From an uncultured Lachnospiraceae bacterium (GTDB lineage Bacteria; Bacillota; Clostridia; Oscillospirales; CAG-272): a stretch of DNA of 64,000 nt. The stretch covers positions 11,734 to 75,733 of the forward strand of contig CAZMZJ010000005.1 in NCBI GenBank assembly GCA_964570825.1, read 5' to 3'. A model generated the notes under the pieces. It did no database searches. It worked only from the letters and a program-made list of their open reading frames with translations, and was not told where the DNA came from. This document shows, piece after piece, positions 38,328 to 49,200 of the stretch. Position 1 is the stretch's first letter, and each line of letters starts with the position of its first letter. The position numbers and the translations under genes are program-made.

Positions 38328-41105
38328 TTAACTGTTTTCCTCCCCGCTGTTCGAGCCTGCTCCGCAGCATTTTTTATATTTTTTGCCGCTGCCGCACGGG
38401 CAGGGGTCATTCGGGCCGGGTTTCTTTGCGCTTCGGACGGGGGTTGTGCATTTAAGCTTTTTAGCAGGCGTTTGACCGCCCTCAAATCCCTCGGTGAGGG
38501 GCTTTGCTATCTGTACTCTTCTGATAGTCTGCCTGTTCTCGCCGACGGGACGGATTGAAAGTATCATGCGCACAGTTCTCTCGCGGATATCCGCGACCAT
38601 CGCGTCGAACATATCCGCGCCGATGATGCGGTATTCGTTAATAGGATCGCGCTGCGCATACGCCTGAAGTCCGACGCTCTCCTTGAGATCCTCCATGGCG
38701 TCGATATGCTCCATCCACATGCGGTCGACGTTCTGGAGCAGCACCGCGCGCTCCACCTCGCGGAACCTGTCGGCTCCGAACATTTCCTCTTTTTCCTTAT
38801 AGACCGCCTCGGCGCGCGAAATGAGCATCTCAACTATTTCGTCTTTTTTAATATGCTTAAGCTCTTCGTCCGTGTATTTGAAATCGTCCTCGCGGCAGAG
38901 GAAGCCGAGGTACTGGCTGCGCAGGGCGTCAAGGTTCCACTCTGAAGGGTTGTCGCTGCGGGTAAAGGAATCGACGGCATCTTTGATTGTCGATTTAATC
39001 ATTCCGAGTATTGTGGGCGAAATATCGTCGCCGTTGAGCACCATCTGGCGCTGCTTGTAAATAACGTTGCGCTGCTGGTTCATAACGTCGTCGTATGTGA
39101 GAACGTTCTTGCGGCGTTTGAAGTTGTTGTCCTCAATGCGTTTCTGAGCGTTTTCAATTGAATTTGAGAGTATTTTCGCGTTGATCGGCGTGTCGTCGTC
39201 AAGGCCGAGCTTATCAACAATGCTTATGATTCTGTCGCTTCCGAACAGCCGCATGAGGTCGTCCTCAAGAGAGATATAGAAGCGCGATTCACCCGGGTCG
39301 CCCTGACGTCCCGCGCGACCGCGGAGCTGGTTGTCGATACGCCGGCTCTCGTGGCGCTCGGTGCCGAGAATGAACAAGCCACCGACATCCTTGACTTTTT
39401 TCGCCTCCGGCTCGATCTGCGCCTTATATTTAGCGAGGAGATCGCGGTAAATTTTGCGCGCGTCAAGAACCGCGCTGTCATCTGTTTCCGCGCTTCCGGT
39501 TGCTTTGTTAATAAGCTCCTCGTCCATGCCGAGCTTCCGCATTTCGTCCTTGGCAAGAAACTCCGGGTTGCCGCCGAGCATAATATCGGTACCGCGCCCG
39601 GCCATGTTGGTAGATATGGTAACTGCGCCGAATTTTCCGGCCTGAGCCACTATCTCAGCTTCCTTGGCATGGAATTTCGCGTTGAGCACGGTGTGCGGTA
39701 TGCCGTTTTTCCTGAGCATGGCCGAAAGCAGCTCGGATTTGTCGATTGAAATAGTGCCGACAAGCACGGGCTGGCCCTTTTCATGGCATTCAATAACCTG
39801 TTTTAATATTGCGTTGTACTTGCCCTTGACGCTCTTATAAACCACGTCCGGGTGGTCTATTCTTATCATCGGCTTGTTTGTGGGCACGGCGACGACATCG
39901 AGCCCGTATATTTCGCGGAACTCGTTGTCCTCGGTCAGCGCGGTTCCGGTCATGCCCGAAAGCTTGCGGTACATTCTGAAGTAGTTCTGGAACGTGATTG
40001 TGGCGAGCGTTTTATTTTCCTTTTCGATTTTGACGTGTTCTTTCGCCTCGATAGCCTGATGCAGCCCGTCCGAATAGCGGCGTCCGGGCATAAGGCGGCC
40101 GGTAAAGGCGTCGACTATTATGACGCCGTTTTCATTGACGACATAATCGACGTCGCGCTGCATTACTCCGTGAGCGCGTATGGCCTGATTGATATGATGT
40201 GCGACAGTCGAGTTTTCGGCATCCGCATAGTTCTGAAGATTGAAGAAAGCCTCGGCTTTTCTGATGCCGCTCTGGGTAAGAGTTGCGTTTCTGGCCTTCT
40301 CGTCCACGATATAATCCGCGTCGATATCGTCGTAGCTTTCTTTTGTGTCCATCTCCTTGACGACATACTTGCGCAGGGTGCGGACGAAAGCGTCTGCGCG
40401 GTCATAAAGGTCTGTGGATTCCTCTCCGGCGCCCGAGATGATGAGTGGGGTTCTCGCCTCGTCGATGAGAATCGAGTCGACCTCGTCGACAATGGCGAAA
40501 GCGTGGCCGCGCTGGACCATATGCTCCTTGTAGACCACCATGTTGTCGCGCAGGTAGTCGAACCCGTACTCGTTGTTTGTGCCGTATGTTATATCCGCGG
40601 CGTAAGCGGCCTTTTTCTCCGCCGTTGACTGCCCGTGAACCACGAGGCCGACAGTCATGCCCATGAATTCGTAGACTCTTCCCACGTCGTCGCGTCCGTA
40701 GCGTGCGAGGTAATCGTTCACGGTAACGACATGGACGCCTTCGCCGGTAAGAGCGTTTAGGTAAGCCGGCAGAATCGCGACGTAGGTTTTGCCCTCGCCT
40801 GTTTTCATTTCGGCGATTCTGCCCTGGTGCAGGATTATGCCGCCGAGCAGCTGCACATAGAAGAGTCGTTTGCCGAGTACTCGCTCGGTTGCCTCGCGAA
40901 CGGCGGCATACGCCTCCGGGAGCAGGTCGTCGAGCGATTCGCCGTTGTTTAATCTATATTTGAATTTTTCAGTCATGCCCGAAAGCTCCTGATTGCTCAT
41001 AGCGCCAAAGCGCGGAGCCAGGCTCTCAATTTTGTCGGCTGTCTTTTTTAATTTTCTGATCTGTCTGTCGCTGTAAGTGCCGAATATTTTTGCTGCGAGT
41101 CCCAT
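38328..41105 (-). CDS. secA: preprotein translocase subunit SecA
   Basis: MKTGEGKT, DEVDSILIDEARTPLIISG, RRIDNQLRGRAGRQGDPG, SEC-C motif CPCGSGKKYKKCC. Confidence 0.98.
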   Translation of the reverse strand: MGLAAKIFGTYSDRQIRKLKKTADKIESLAPRFGAMSNQELSGMTEKFKYRLNNGESLDDLLPEAYAAVREATERVLGKRLFYVQLLGGIILHQGRIAEMKTGEGKTYVAILPAYLNALTGEGVHVVTVNDYLARYGRDDVGRVYEFMGMTVGLVVHGQSTAEKKAAYAADITYGTNNEYGFDYLRDNMVVYKEHMVQRGHAFAIVDEVDSILIDEARTPLIISGAGEESTDLYDRADAFVRTLRKYVVKEMDTKESYDDIDADYIVDEKARNATLTQSGIRKAEAFFNLQNYADAENSTVAHHINQAIRAHGVMQRDVDYVVNENGVIIVDAFTGRLMPGRRYSDGLHQAIEAKEHVKIEKENKTLATITFQNYFRMYRKLSGMTGTALTEDNEFREIYGLDVVAVPTNKPMIRIDHPDVVYKSVKGKYNAILKQVIECHEKGQPVLVGTISIDKSELLSAMLRKNGIPHTVLNAKFHAKEAEIVAQAGKFGAVTISTNMAGRGTDIMLGGNPEFLAKDEMRKLGMDEELINKATGSAETDDSAVLDARKIYRDLLAKYKAQIEPEAKKVKDVGGLFILGTERHESRRIDNQLRGRAGRQGDPGESRFYISLEDDLMRLFGSDRIISIVDKLGLDDDTPINAKILSNSIENAQKRIEDNNFKRRKNVLTYDDVMNQQRNVIYKQRQMVLNGDDISPTILGMIKSTIKDAVDSFTRSDNPSEWNLDALRSQYLGFLCREDDFKYTDEELKHIKKDEIVEMLISRAEAVYKEKEEMFGADRFREVERAVLLQNVDRMWMEHIDAMEDLKESVGLQAYAQRDPINEYRIIGADMFDAMVADIRERTVRMILSIRPVGENRQTIRRVQIAKPLTEGFEGGQTPAKKLKCTTPVRSAKKPGPNDPCPCGSGKKYKKCCGAGSNSGEENS

Positions 41106-41353
41106 TTTAACCTCCGATGGTTATTTGCAATTCATTTTATTATACATCAATCCGCATGAATTTTCCACACTTTTTATGAAATAATTATTTAACATACCCA
41201 TAATGATGCTTAAAAGCGGAAAAAACCTTGAATCAGCCATAATTTTCGTGTATAATAATCCGGCGCGGTGCGATAAAATTGCGCCCGCGCGGAGGACTGG
41301 GGACGGAAGAATTAAAAAACCGGTTTTCCTTTTAGTGAAAGGCGTTTATTTAT

Positions 41354-41860
41354 ATGAACAGCATCAACATAGTTCTGCACGAGCCGGAAATTCCGCAGAA
41401 CACCGGCAATATAGCCCGCACCTGCGCGGCTGTCGGTGCTTCGCTCCATCTTATACGTCCGCTTGGGTTTGAGATAGACGACAGAAAGCTCAAACGTGCG
41501 GGCCTCGACTACTGGTATGCCCTTGACATAACATACTATGACGGGCTTGATGATTTCTTCAGAAGGAATCCCACGTCACAGATATATTATTTTTCGACAA
41601 AGTCGCCGCAGAAATACACCGACGTGACATATCCCGACCCGGTGTTTCTGATGTTCGGCAAAGAAACCGCCGGGCTTCCCGAGGATTTGCTGAAAGCAAA
41701 CCGCGATTTCTGCGTACGCATTCCGATGCGCGATGGTCTTCGCAGCCTGAATCTGTCAAACTCCGCCGCGATAGCCGTGTATGAAGTTTTGCGTCAGCGC
41801 AATTTCAAGGGGCTGCGGGAAACCGGAGAGCTGACGAAGTACTCATGGAACGATAAGTAA
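41354..41860 (+). CDS. trmL: tRNA (cytidine/uridine-34-2'-O)-methyltransferase (SPOUT)
   Basis: VLHEPEIPQNTGNIARTC, LKRAGLDYW, FGKETAGLP, RSLNLSNS. Confidence 0.95.
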   Translation: MNSINIVLHEPEIPQNTGNIARTCAAVGASLHLIRPLGFEIDDRKLKRAGLDYWYALDITYYDGLDDFFRRNPTSQIYYFSTKSPQKYTDVTYPDPVFLMFGKETAGLPEDLLKANRDFCVRIPMRDGLRSLNLSNSAAIAVYEVLRQRNFKGLRETGELTKYSWNDK

Positions 41861-41954
41861 AATAATATCCATTATTTCCTGTTTTCTCATCATACCACCG
41901 GTCTGAGCGCCGCTTACAAGGCGCTCCGTCTGATATTATACATTTAATTAGAAA

Positions 41955-41981
41955 AGCTGCCGCAATCTGATTGCGGCAGCT
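41955..41981. terminator. terminator between convergent genes
   Basis: AGCTGCCGCAAT-ctg-ATTGCGGCAGCT. Confidence 0.7.
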
Positions 41982-41990
41982 CCATATTAT

Positions 41991-42494
41991 TTATTTTTTT
42001 GCCGTTTCCGGTGTAACCTTCTTGAGATAATACTCAATCACGTCGCCGTTCTGTACCGTATAATCGTCGAAACCTTTAGTTCCTTCCTTGCCGTTAAGAG
42101 AATACCACCAGTACGTTGTGTAAAGCACTGTTGTTTCATCTGAGCCGCCCGTCGTTCCGGTCACATCGCCCGCTGAAACCGAACCGATTGAAATAATCGT
42201 GCGTATATCGTTGGTGTCGTCAATTTCAACGGTTTCGTTTTCTGTTTCCATGTAGAAATAGTCATCAATAATATCGATAAGCGTCGGGGCTTTTCCGTTG
42301 TATGTATACGAAGGAATATCGTAAACAACCTTTCCGCTTAAGTCCTTGACCTTCATTGTCACCTTAATAGTGACATCCGCGGCTGTTTCCGCCGTTGTAA
42401 CGTTTCCTTCCTTGCCCCCGTTGTTGCATGAAGCAAGCGGGAATGCCAGCATAAGAACCGCCATAATCAAGGTTAGAATTTTAATGATTTTCAT
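41991..42494 (-). CDS. lipoprotein with DUF4430-like C-terminal domain
   Basis: Lipobox PLASC after a hydrophobic signal; WWYSLNGKEGTKGFDDYTVQNGDVIEYY; promoter TTGACA-N17-TATAAT at 42556-42528. Confidence 0.7.
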   Translation of the reverse strand: MKIIKILTLIMAVLMLAFPLASCNNGGKEGNVTTAETAADVTIKVTMKVKDLSGKVVYDIPSYTYNGKAPTLIDIIDDYFYMETENETVEIDDTNDIRTIISIGSVSAGDVTGTTGGSDETTVLYTTYWWYSLNGKEGTKGFDDYTVQNGDVIEYYLKKVTPETAKK

Positions 42495-42615
42495 TTTCAA
42501 AAACCTCCGTGTTTTATCAACTTCTAAATTATACAACCAAAACCTGCGGTTGTCAAGCGCATTTGGATAAAATAACATATTAAGCCCGCATACCGTTTTG
42601 ATTCAGAGCGTCTGG

Positions 42616-43137
42616 TTATTGTGCGAATACGCACATGACATTAAGGACGACCATGTAAAGCATCCAGGCGGAGAAAAAGAGCATAACCCACGCCGCCCAT
42701 CTGCGCACCCGAATAAAAAGTAGCGCGCACAGCACCGACAGAAGCAGCACCGCCTCTGCAACAAGAAGCGCCGAGAAGAGCGCGGCTGCTCCGAAGAAAA
42801 GCGGATACCAGACATAGGAAAGTGCCATCATCAGGACAAACAGCATGCCGCCCTTGTACCTTGACACATCGTCCCGGCAGGAGCAGCAGCCGAGCACCGA
42901 GCCGATAGCCGCGCCGAGCAGGATGTACCACACAGTCCACGATACAACCATAACCCACACCGGCGGAATAATATTGCGCAGGCCGCAGTAGCTTATAACG
43001 CGGTAAGGGCTTCCCGCCGCGGCGCGCACAATAAGCGCGACAATCAGAGCTGCGAGTGCTGACACTGCCGCCCATGTAAACTCGGCGCCGCCGGGCCTGA
43101 CACACGGCAATCGGAACTTGATTCTTCTTTTTGCCAT
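42616..43137 (-). CDS. TspO/MBR-family tryptophan-rich membrane protein
   Basis: IPPVWVMVVSWTVWYILLG, LSYVWYPLFFG, FSAWMLYMVVLN. Confidence 0.8.
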   Translation of the reverse strand: MAKRRIKFRLPCVRPGGAEFTWAAVSALAALIVALIVRAAAGSPYRVISYCGLRNIIPPVWVMVVSWTVWYILLGAAIGSVLGCCSCRDDVSRYKGGMLFVLMMALSYVWYPLFFGAAALFSALLVAEAVLLLSVLCALLFIRVRRWAAWVMLFFSAWMLYMVVLNVMCVFAQ

Positions 43138-43189
43138 AAAAAATCACCTCACACAGTAAATGATATGAGGCGATTTTTATTTTATGAAT

Positions 43190-45688
43190 TTATCCCGTCG
43201 GCCAGAACCAGTTTATTCCGGGCGCTGTTGTGGACTCTGGTTCATTTTTTTTATAATGGAGGGCGCAGTACCTGTTGAACTGCGAGGCGGTATTCGATAT
43301 TCCGCAGTATTCGCCGCTTTTCAGCATATTGGCGAAGAAAGGCTCGTTCCAAAGAATGGACGGCTCGGCTCCGCCGGTCAGCTTCCGAAAGACGTACTGC
43401 GCGTCGGTCACATACACCTGGACCGGGAAGCTTCGCTCGACCTGAATCATTCCGACCTTTTTGATGTTTTCCGCCGGGCAGTAGGGGCCGGCCACCCCGC
43501 CGCCGACAATATCGTAATCGACGCTTACATGGCAGTCGCAGTATTGCGTCGGCTCCTTTCCGGCGACGAACCAGCAGTAAACGCCGCGGTCGCCGCGCGG
43601 ATCGATCCGGCACGAGGAAGTCAGGAGTTTGCCAGAGTCCGCGCAGACTTTCATTTTAACGATATTTTTTGAAATGTCAAACTTTGCGGGTTTATCCTGG
43701 CCTTTTACATATTTTTCATGAAGTATTGTCATGACCTCGTCCCAGACTTTGAGGCACGGGTTGCCGGAAATGCCGTCAAGCGAGGCAGGATACTCATGCC
43801 CGCACCAGACGCCGCCGAGATAATACGGAGTATAGCCGATAAACCATTTGTCGCAGTTATCCTGTGTCGTTCCGGTTTTTGCCGCCGTTTCGACGTACTT
43901 ATCCAGCGTCACCGCCTTTGCGGTTCCGTTGGACACGACGTTTTCGAGCATCAGGGTCATAATCGAGGCAGTTTCCTCGCTTATTGCGCGGGTTCCCGAA
44001 TAATCGTTTGCAAGAATAATGTTGCCCGCCGCGTCTGTCACTTTAAGATATGAGCGCGTTTTGCTGCATATCCCTTTGTTTGCGAACATTGAGTATGCCC
44101 CGGTTAGCTCGCGAACCGTGACGCCGTAATTCTGCTGGCCGAGCGCAAGTGACGCCGGCCCGATGTCGCTGATCACCGTACCGTCATCAAGGCGTTTGCG
44201 TTCGATAAGACTTGTAAGGCCGGCCTTTTCGGTCAGGAACAGAAACGACTCCCTCTCGCCGAGGTCTTTGAGCACCCTGAGTGCGACAGTGTTAATCGAT
44301 TCCTGTATGGCTGTTATAATATTGGTCAATCCCCTGTAAACTGACGGCGAATTTTTCGGCCATCCGCAAAGCGTTCCGGAGTCATCGGGTTTGAAGAGCA
44401 CCGGCACGTCGTCATAGACGCTCGCGCTTGTGATTATTCCCTCATCGAGCGCCGGCGCGTAGACCGAAAGCGGCTTTATGGTCGAGCCTGACGGACGAAG
44501 CGTCATAGTCGCATAATTCTGCACTCTGTTAGCGTTTTTCTCGCCTATGGCTCCCGCGACGCCGAGGATATCGCCCGTGTAGGGATCGATTATAATCATC
44601 GAGGACTGGAATGGGTTTGCGCCGTCCGCATTCGGGAAATTATCCTGATTCGAGTAATAGTCCTCAAGTACTTTCTGAACGTCGGGATCCATCGCGGTGT
44701 AAATTCTGAGTCCTCCCGAATAGACCATAAGGCTTGCGGCCTCTTTGCTGTAGCCGTATTCGCCGCACAAATCGTTTATCACATCCTCGACCGCCATATC
44801 GACATACCACGAATTGACCCCGTCGGAGCTGTTGTACCATGATAGGTCGGTGACGAGCTCCTTATCGTAGCTGTCATTGAACTCCTCGTCGGTTATGAAA
44901 CCCTGCTCGTGCATCTGCTCAAGCACGATATCCCGCCTTGTCTTGTTGTTCTCAGGGTGACGCACCGGATCGTAATAAGCCGGGTTGCTGGTAATCGCCG
45001 CGATGGCGGCGCACTCAATCAGCGACAGCTGGGACACATCCTTTGAAAAATACGTGTTTGCCGCCGCCTGCACTCCAGTGCAGCCGTGCGACAGGTTTAT
45101 GATATTCATATACAGCTCAAGGATTTCGGTTTTGTCAAGCTTTGTTTCGAGGTCGAGCGCCCAGATAATCTCCTGGATTTTGCGTTCGGGCGAAACCTCG
45201 TTCTCACCCGTGATATTTTTGATGACCTGCTGGGTTATAGTCGAGCCGCCGAAAGTTTTTTTTGACCCCGTGAAGAAATTGACCGTCGCCGACACTGTTC
45301 TCAGCCAGTCAACTCCCGAGTGGCTGAAAAAACGCCTGTCCTCGATTGCCACGAAAGCGTCGATGAGATTCTGAGGGACGGCGTCGTATGAAACGTAGAT
45401 GCAGACGCCGCTTCCGTAAAGCTGCTCGCCGGTCAGCTCTATCAGTTCTCCCTTCCGCGCCGCGCGGTCGCTGAAATCGTAGCAGTATACCTTTGTAGCT
45501 CCTTTTTGCGCCGCAGACGCAAAGATAGACACATCGATGCTGTCCTCATAATTCGAGCTGAGGTATATTGTAACCCAGAATCCGGCGGCAAGCAGCGTCA
45601 GCATCATTAAAATGAATATTATCGCAATGACGCTGACAAAAACCCTCAATCCGTGCCTTGTCCTATGATTTTTATTTTCTATATCCAT
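43190..45688 (-). CDS. class A penicillin-binding protein (transglycosylase/transpeptidase)
   Basis: N-terminal TM; AIEDRRFFSHSGVD, GGSTITQQ, RKIQE, ILELYMN (GT51); PSGSTIKP, SIN, KTGT (TP). Confidence 0.95.
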   Translation of the reverse strand: MDIENKNHRTRHGLRVFVSVIAIIFILMMLTLLAAGFWVTIYLSSNYEDSIDVSIFASAAQKGATKVYCYDFSDRAARKGELIELTGEQLYGSGVCIYVSYDAVPQNLIDAFVAIEDRRFFSHSGVDWLRTVSATVNFFTGSKKTFGGSTITQQVIKNITGENEVSPERKIQEIIWALDLETKLDKTEILELYMNIINLSHGCTGVQAAANTYFSKDVSQLSLIECAAIAAITSNPAYYDPVRHPENNKTRRDIVLEQMHEQGFITDEEFNDSYDKELVTDLSWYNSSDGVNSWYVDMAVEDVINDLCGEYGYSKEAASLMVYSGGLRIYTAMDPDVQKVLEDYYSNQDNFPNADGANPFQSSMIIIDPYTGDILGVAGAIGEKNANRVQNYATMTLRPSGSTIKPLSVYAPALDEGIITSASVYDDVPVLFKPDDSGTLCGWPKNSPSVYRGLTNIITAIQESINTVALRVLKDLGERESFLFLTEKAGLTSLIERKRLDDGTVISDIGPASLALGQQNYGVTVRELTGAYSMFANKGICSKTRSYLKVTDAAGNIILANDYSGTRAISEETASIMTLMLENVVSNGTAKAVTLDKYVETAAKTGTTQDNCDKWFIGYTPYYLGGVWCGHEYPASLDGISGNPCLKVWDEVMTILHEKYVKGQDKPAKFDISKNIVKMKVCADSGKLLTSSCRIDPRGDRGVYCWFVAGKEPTQYCDCHVSVDYDIVGGGVAGPYCPAENIKKVGMIQVERSFPVQVYVTDAQYVFRKLTGGAEPSILWNEPFFANMLKSGEYCGISNTASQFNRYCALHYKKNEPESTTAPGINWFWPTG

Positions 45689-45770
45689 AAATCAGTTCCT
45701 CATATGAAACAGAGTGCGATTCATCCGGAAAGACATATGCTTTGCGGTTCCGGGATATTCTTTCTTTTCC

Positions 45771-45800
45771 GTATATATGTTTTCCCGGATGACAATAATA
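45771..45800 (+). promoter_or_regulatory. candidate sigma-F promoter
   Basis: GTATA-N15-GACAATAATA vs consensus GYWTA-N15-GGNRANANTW (1 mismatch). Confidence 0.5.
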
Positions 45801-45833
45801 TAATCACCATAAAGCAAAAAGGACGTGATAATT

Positions 45834-46199
45834 ATGGAGAACAAAAATGGTTTGTCGGTGGCGGTGCTTGCTGCCGCCGTTATTGCGGCGCTTCTCTGTG
45901 CCGTATCTCTTTATTTTACGGTTACGCTCACCGGCAGGATATCGGAGCTTGCCGAAGGCGCTGAGAAGCTGAACGAAGCTGTTGCCGGGCTTGCCGTAAC
46001 GCAGCCGGCCGAAGAAATTTTCATTTTGCGCGAATACGACGGCATAATCGGAGTTTTCGACGCCTCCGGCGTGCTGACCGACATAATCGACGTTCAGGTA
46101 AACAGCCTTCCCGAGGCTGACCGGGAAATGCTTGAAACCGGCATTTACGCTTTTTCGAAAAGCGAGCTGAATTCGCTGATAGAGGATTACACCGGATAA
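45834..46199 (+). CDS. membrane-anchored BofC C-terminal-like protein
   Basis: N-terminal TM; ILREYDGIIGVF...VNSLPEADREMLETGI...ELNSLIEDYTG. Confidence 0.7.
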   Translation: MENKNGLSVAVLAAAVIAALLCAVSLYFTVTLTGRISELAEGAEKLNEAVAGLAVTQPAEEIFILREYDGIIGVFDASGVLTDIIDVQVNSLPEADREMLETGIYAFSKSELNSLIEDYTG

Positions 46200-46219
46200 G
46201 CGCAGACGAATTTTTAATA

Positions 46220-46253
46220 AAGGGAGCTGCCGGCGGCAGCTCCCTTTTATTTT
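46220..46253. terminator. bidirectional terminator
   Basis: AAGGGAGCTGCC-ggc-GGCAGCTCCCTT plus T-run. Confidence 0.8.
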
Positions 46254-49200
46254 GCCTGTCTTATAACCACATTTTCATCGCCGAGAAGCGACCTGAGTTC
46301 GGAGGAAATGAATTCGGTCAATCCTATTCCCTTTTCATGCTGCAGGTACGCCAAATTTTTAGAATCATAAAAGACCACCGGCGTCGGTCCGGGAAATATC
46401 TCGATAAGATTGACTGCTTTCAGATATTCGATCGAATCTGTGCCCGGCACTCTTAAAAACACCTTGACCGCGGAGCGCCTGTTTTCCGTTTCCTGTGATT
46501 TTGCTGTCCCTCCGGCCTGACTTTCGCTGAATTTTTCATGTTTGGCGGGTTGAGTCATCGCGCCGCCGCCCTCGGGGCAGGCAGTATCAGACGGATTATT
46601 TTTCGCTTCGCCGTCCGGCTTATCGCTGTACCTGCCGTTTTCCACGAGGGCGGCTATTTCGTTGACAATTATTCTTGCCGGCTCGTCCTCGCGCAGCTGC
46701 ACTGTTCCGTCGATGTAAACGCCGCTGTCGATGTGTATAAGCTCGTGGCAGCTTCGGAAAATTTTCGGGAAAAGAATGCACTCGATTTCGCCGTATCTGT
46801 CCTCGATTTTAATGAACGCCATGCGTTCGTTCTTTTTTGTTGTTTTTGCGGTGACAGAGCTGACAATCCCCGCGACCGCGACCCTTTGTCCGTCCGGCAG
46901 GCCGCCCGCCTGTCCTTCCTCGCTGCCGTCCCCTGAAATCTCGGCTATCGGCACGACGTTCAGAGCGCTAATGCACTTGGAAAAGCTGTCGATCAGGTGA
47001 CCCGAAAAGTACATTCCGGAGCTGTCTTTTTCAAGCATCAGCCGGTCTCTCAGGGAAAACTCCGGGATATCCGGGTACTTGAAGCGCGGATTTTCCGACC
47101 TTGTCTCGGCGGTTGAAAAAAGGTCGAGCTGTCCTGAGATATTCCGGCGTTTTTTTTCGGCGGTCATATCAAGGATTTTTTCATATGACGTCATCAGCTG
47201 GCTTCGGCGCGCGCCGAGATTGTCAAATGCGCCCGACTTTATGAGCGACTCGACCTGCCTTTTATTAAGATCCTTTTCGGCCATTCTGTCGGCAAAGTCC
47301 TCGAACGATAAAAACTCTCCGTTCTTCCGTTCCTCGATGATATTGGCGATAAACTGCCTGCTGACGTTTTTGAGGGCGAGCAGACCGAAAAGAATATCGT
47401 TTCCGCTGACGTGGAAATACATTGAGCTTCGGTTGATGTCCGGGGATTTCACGCTGATTCCGAGCTTTGTGCACTCGGCAATATACCCGGCGAGCTTCGG
47501 CATATTGTCGAGCACCGAGGTAAGCAGCGCGGCGAAATACTCGCGCGGGTAGTGGGCTTTAAGGTAGGCCGTGCGATATGAAATGACGGCATATGCCGCC
47601 GCGTGGCTTTTGTTGAAGGCGTAGTTGGCGAATCCCGCCATATCGTCGAAAAGCTTTGCGGCGACGTCCTCCGGCACTCCCCTGTCAACGGCGCCGCTGA
47701 CAAAGCTCCCGCGCTCGGCTTCCAGCACCGAGGCTTTTTTCTTTGCCATAGCGCGCCGCACTATATCCGCGTGGCCGAAGGTGTACCCCGCAATCTCGCG
47801 GAATATGCTCATGACCTGCTCCTGATACACTATGCAGCCGTAGGTGCTGCGCAGGATCGGCTCAAGTGCGGGAGTCGCGTATTTGATTTTTGAATTGTCG
47901 TGGCGGCATTCGATATACCTTGGAATCGAGTCCATAGGGCCGGGGCGGTAAAGAGCTATGGCGGCAAGAATGTCGTCGATGTTCTCTGGCTTAAGCACCG
48001 CAAGCATCTGGCGCATCCCGCCCGACTCAAGCTGGAATATTCCCGAGGTGCCGCCGGACGAGATAAGCTCGTATGTCGGCTTATCGTCGAGAGGGACGGA
48101 TGCGACGCTGAAATCCGGGCATCTTTCACGTATCTGCGCTTCAGCGTCGTTTATTATAGTCAGGTAACGCAGTCCGAGGAAGTCAAATTTCAATAAACCG
48201 AGCTTTGCAATGGTGTCCATATCATACTGTGTGATGACTGTTCCGTTGCTGACCGCCATCGGCACATACGACCATATAGGCGCGTCGGTAATCACGACGC
48301 CGGCCGCGTGAACCGACGCGTTGCGCGGCATTCCCTCAAGGGAGGCGGCGGTGTCCACCAGCTTTTTCACCTTCTCGCTGGACTCGTAAAGCTCCTTGAG
48401 TTCAGGCATTTTGAGCGCCAGTCCGATCGACATGTTCAGCTGCTGAGGTATCGCCCGAGCCACAGCGTCAACATCGCCGTACGGCATTCCGAGCGCCCTT
48501 CCGGTGTCGCGCACCGCAGCTCTTGCCGCGAGAGTTCCGAAAGTGATGATCTGCGACACATGGTCGTCCCCGTATTTTTGCGTGACGTAATCAATGACCT
48601 CGCCGCGCCTGATGTAGCAGAAATCCACATCTATATCCGGCATGCTTACGCGTTCCGGGTTGAGGAAGCGCTCAAACAGCAGCTCGAATTTTATCGAATC
48701 GATATCGGTAATTCCGATGCAGAACGCGACAAGGCTGCCCGCCGCCGAACCTCTCCCCGGTCCTACCGGGATTCCCCTGCTTTTTGCGAAGTTGACGTAA
48801 TCCCAGACAATAAGGAAGTATTCCGAATACCCCATCTTATCAATCACAGACAGCTCATATTCGATTCGCTGGCGGTACTCCTCCTGCGTATGTCCGGAGA
48901 ATGAGATATATCCGCGGTTTATTTTCGACTCAAACCCGTCGTAGGCAAGCTTTCTCAGATACTCGGCCGGCATGAACCCTTCCGGGCAGCGGTAGCGGGG
49001 AAGATAAAGCTTGTCGAAATCGAAGTCAAAATTGCACCTTTCCGCAATCCTTACCGTATTTTCAATAGCTCCCGGATATTTCCCGAAAAGCAGCTTCATT
49101 TCCTCCGTCGTCTTATAATAAAACTCGTCGGTCTCAAAGCCTATCGGGCGCCCGTCGGTGATGACATTGTTTGTCTGTATGCAGAGAAGCGTGGCCTGTG

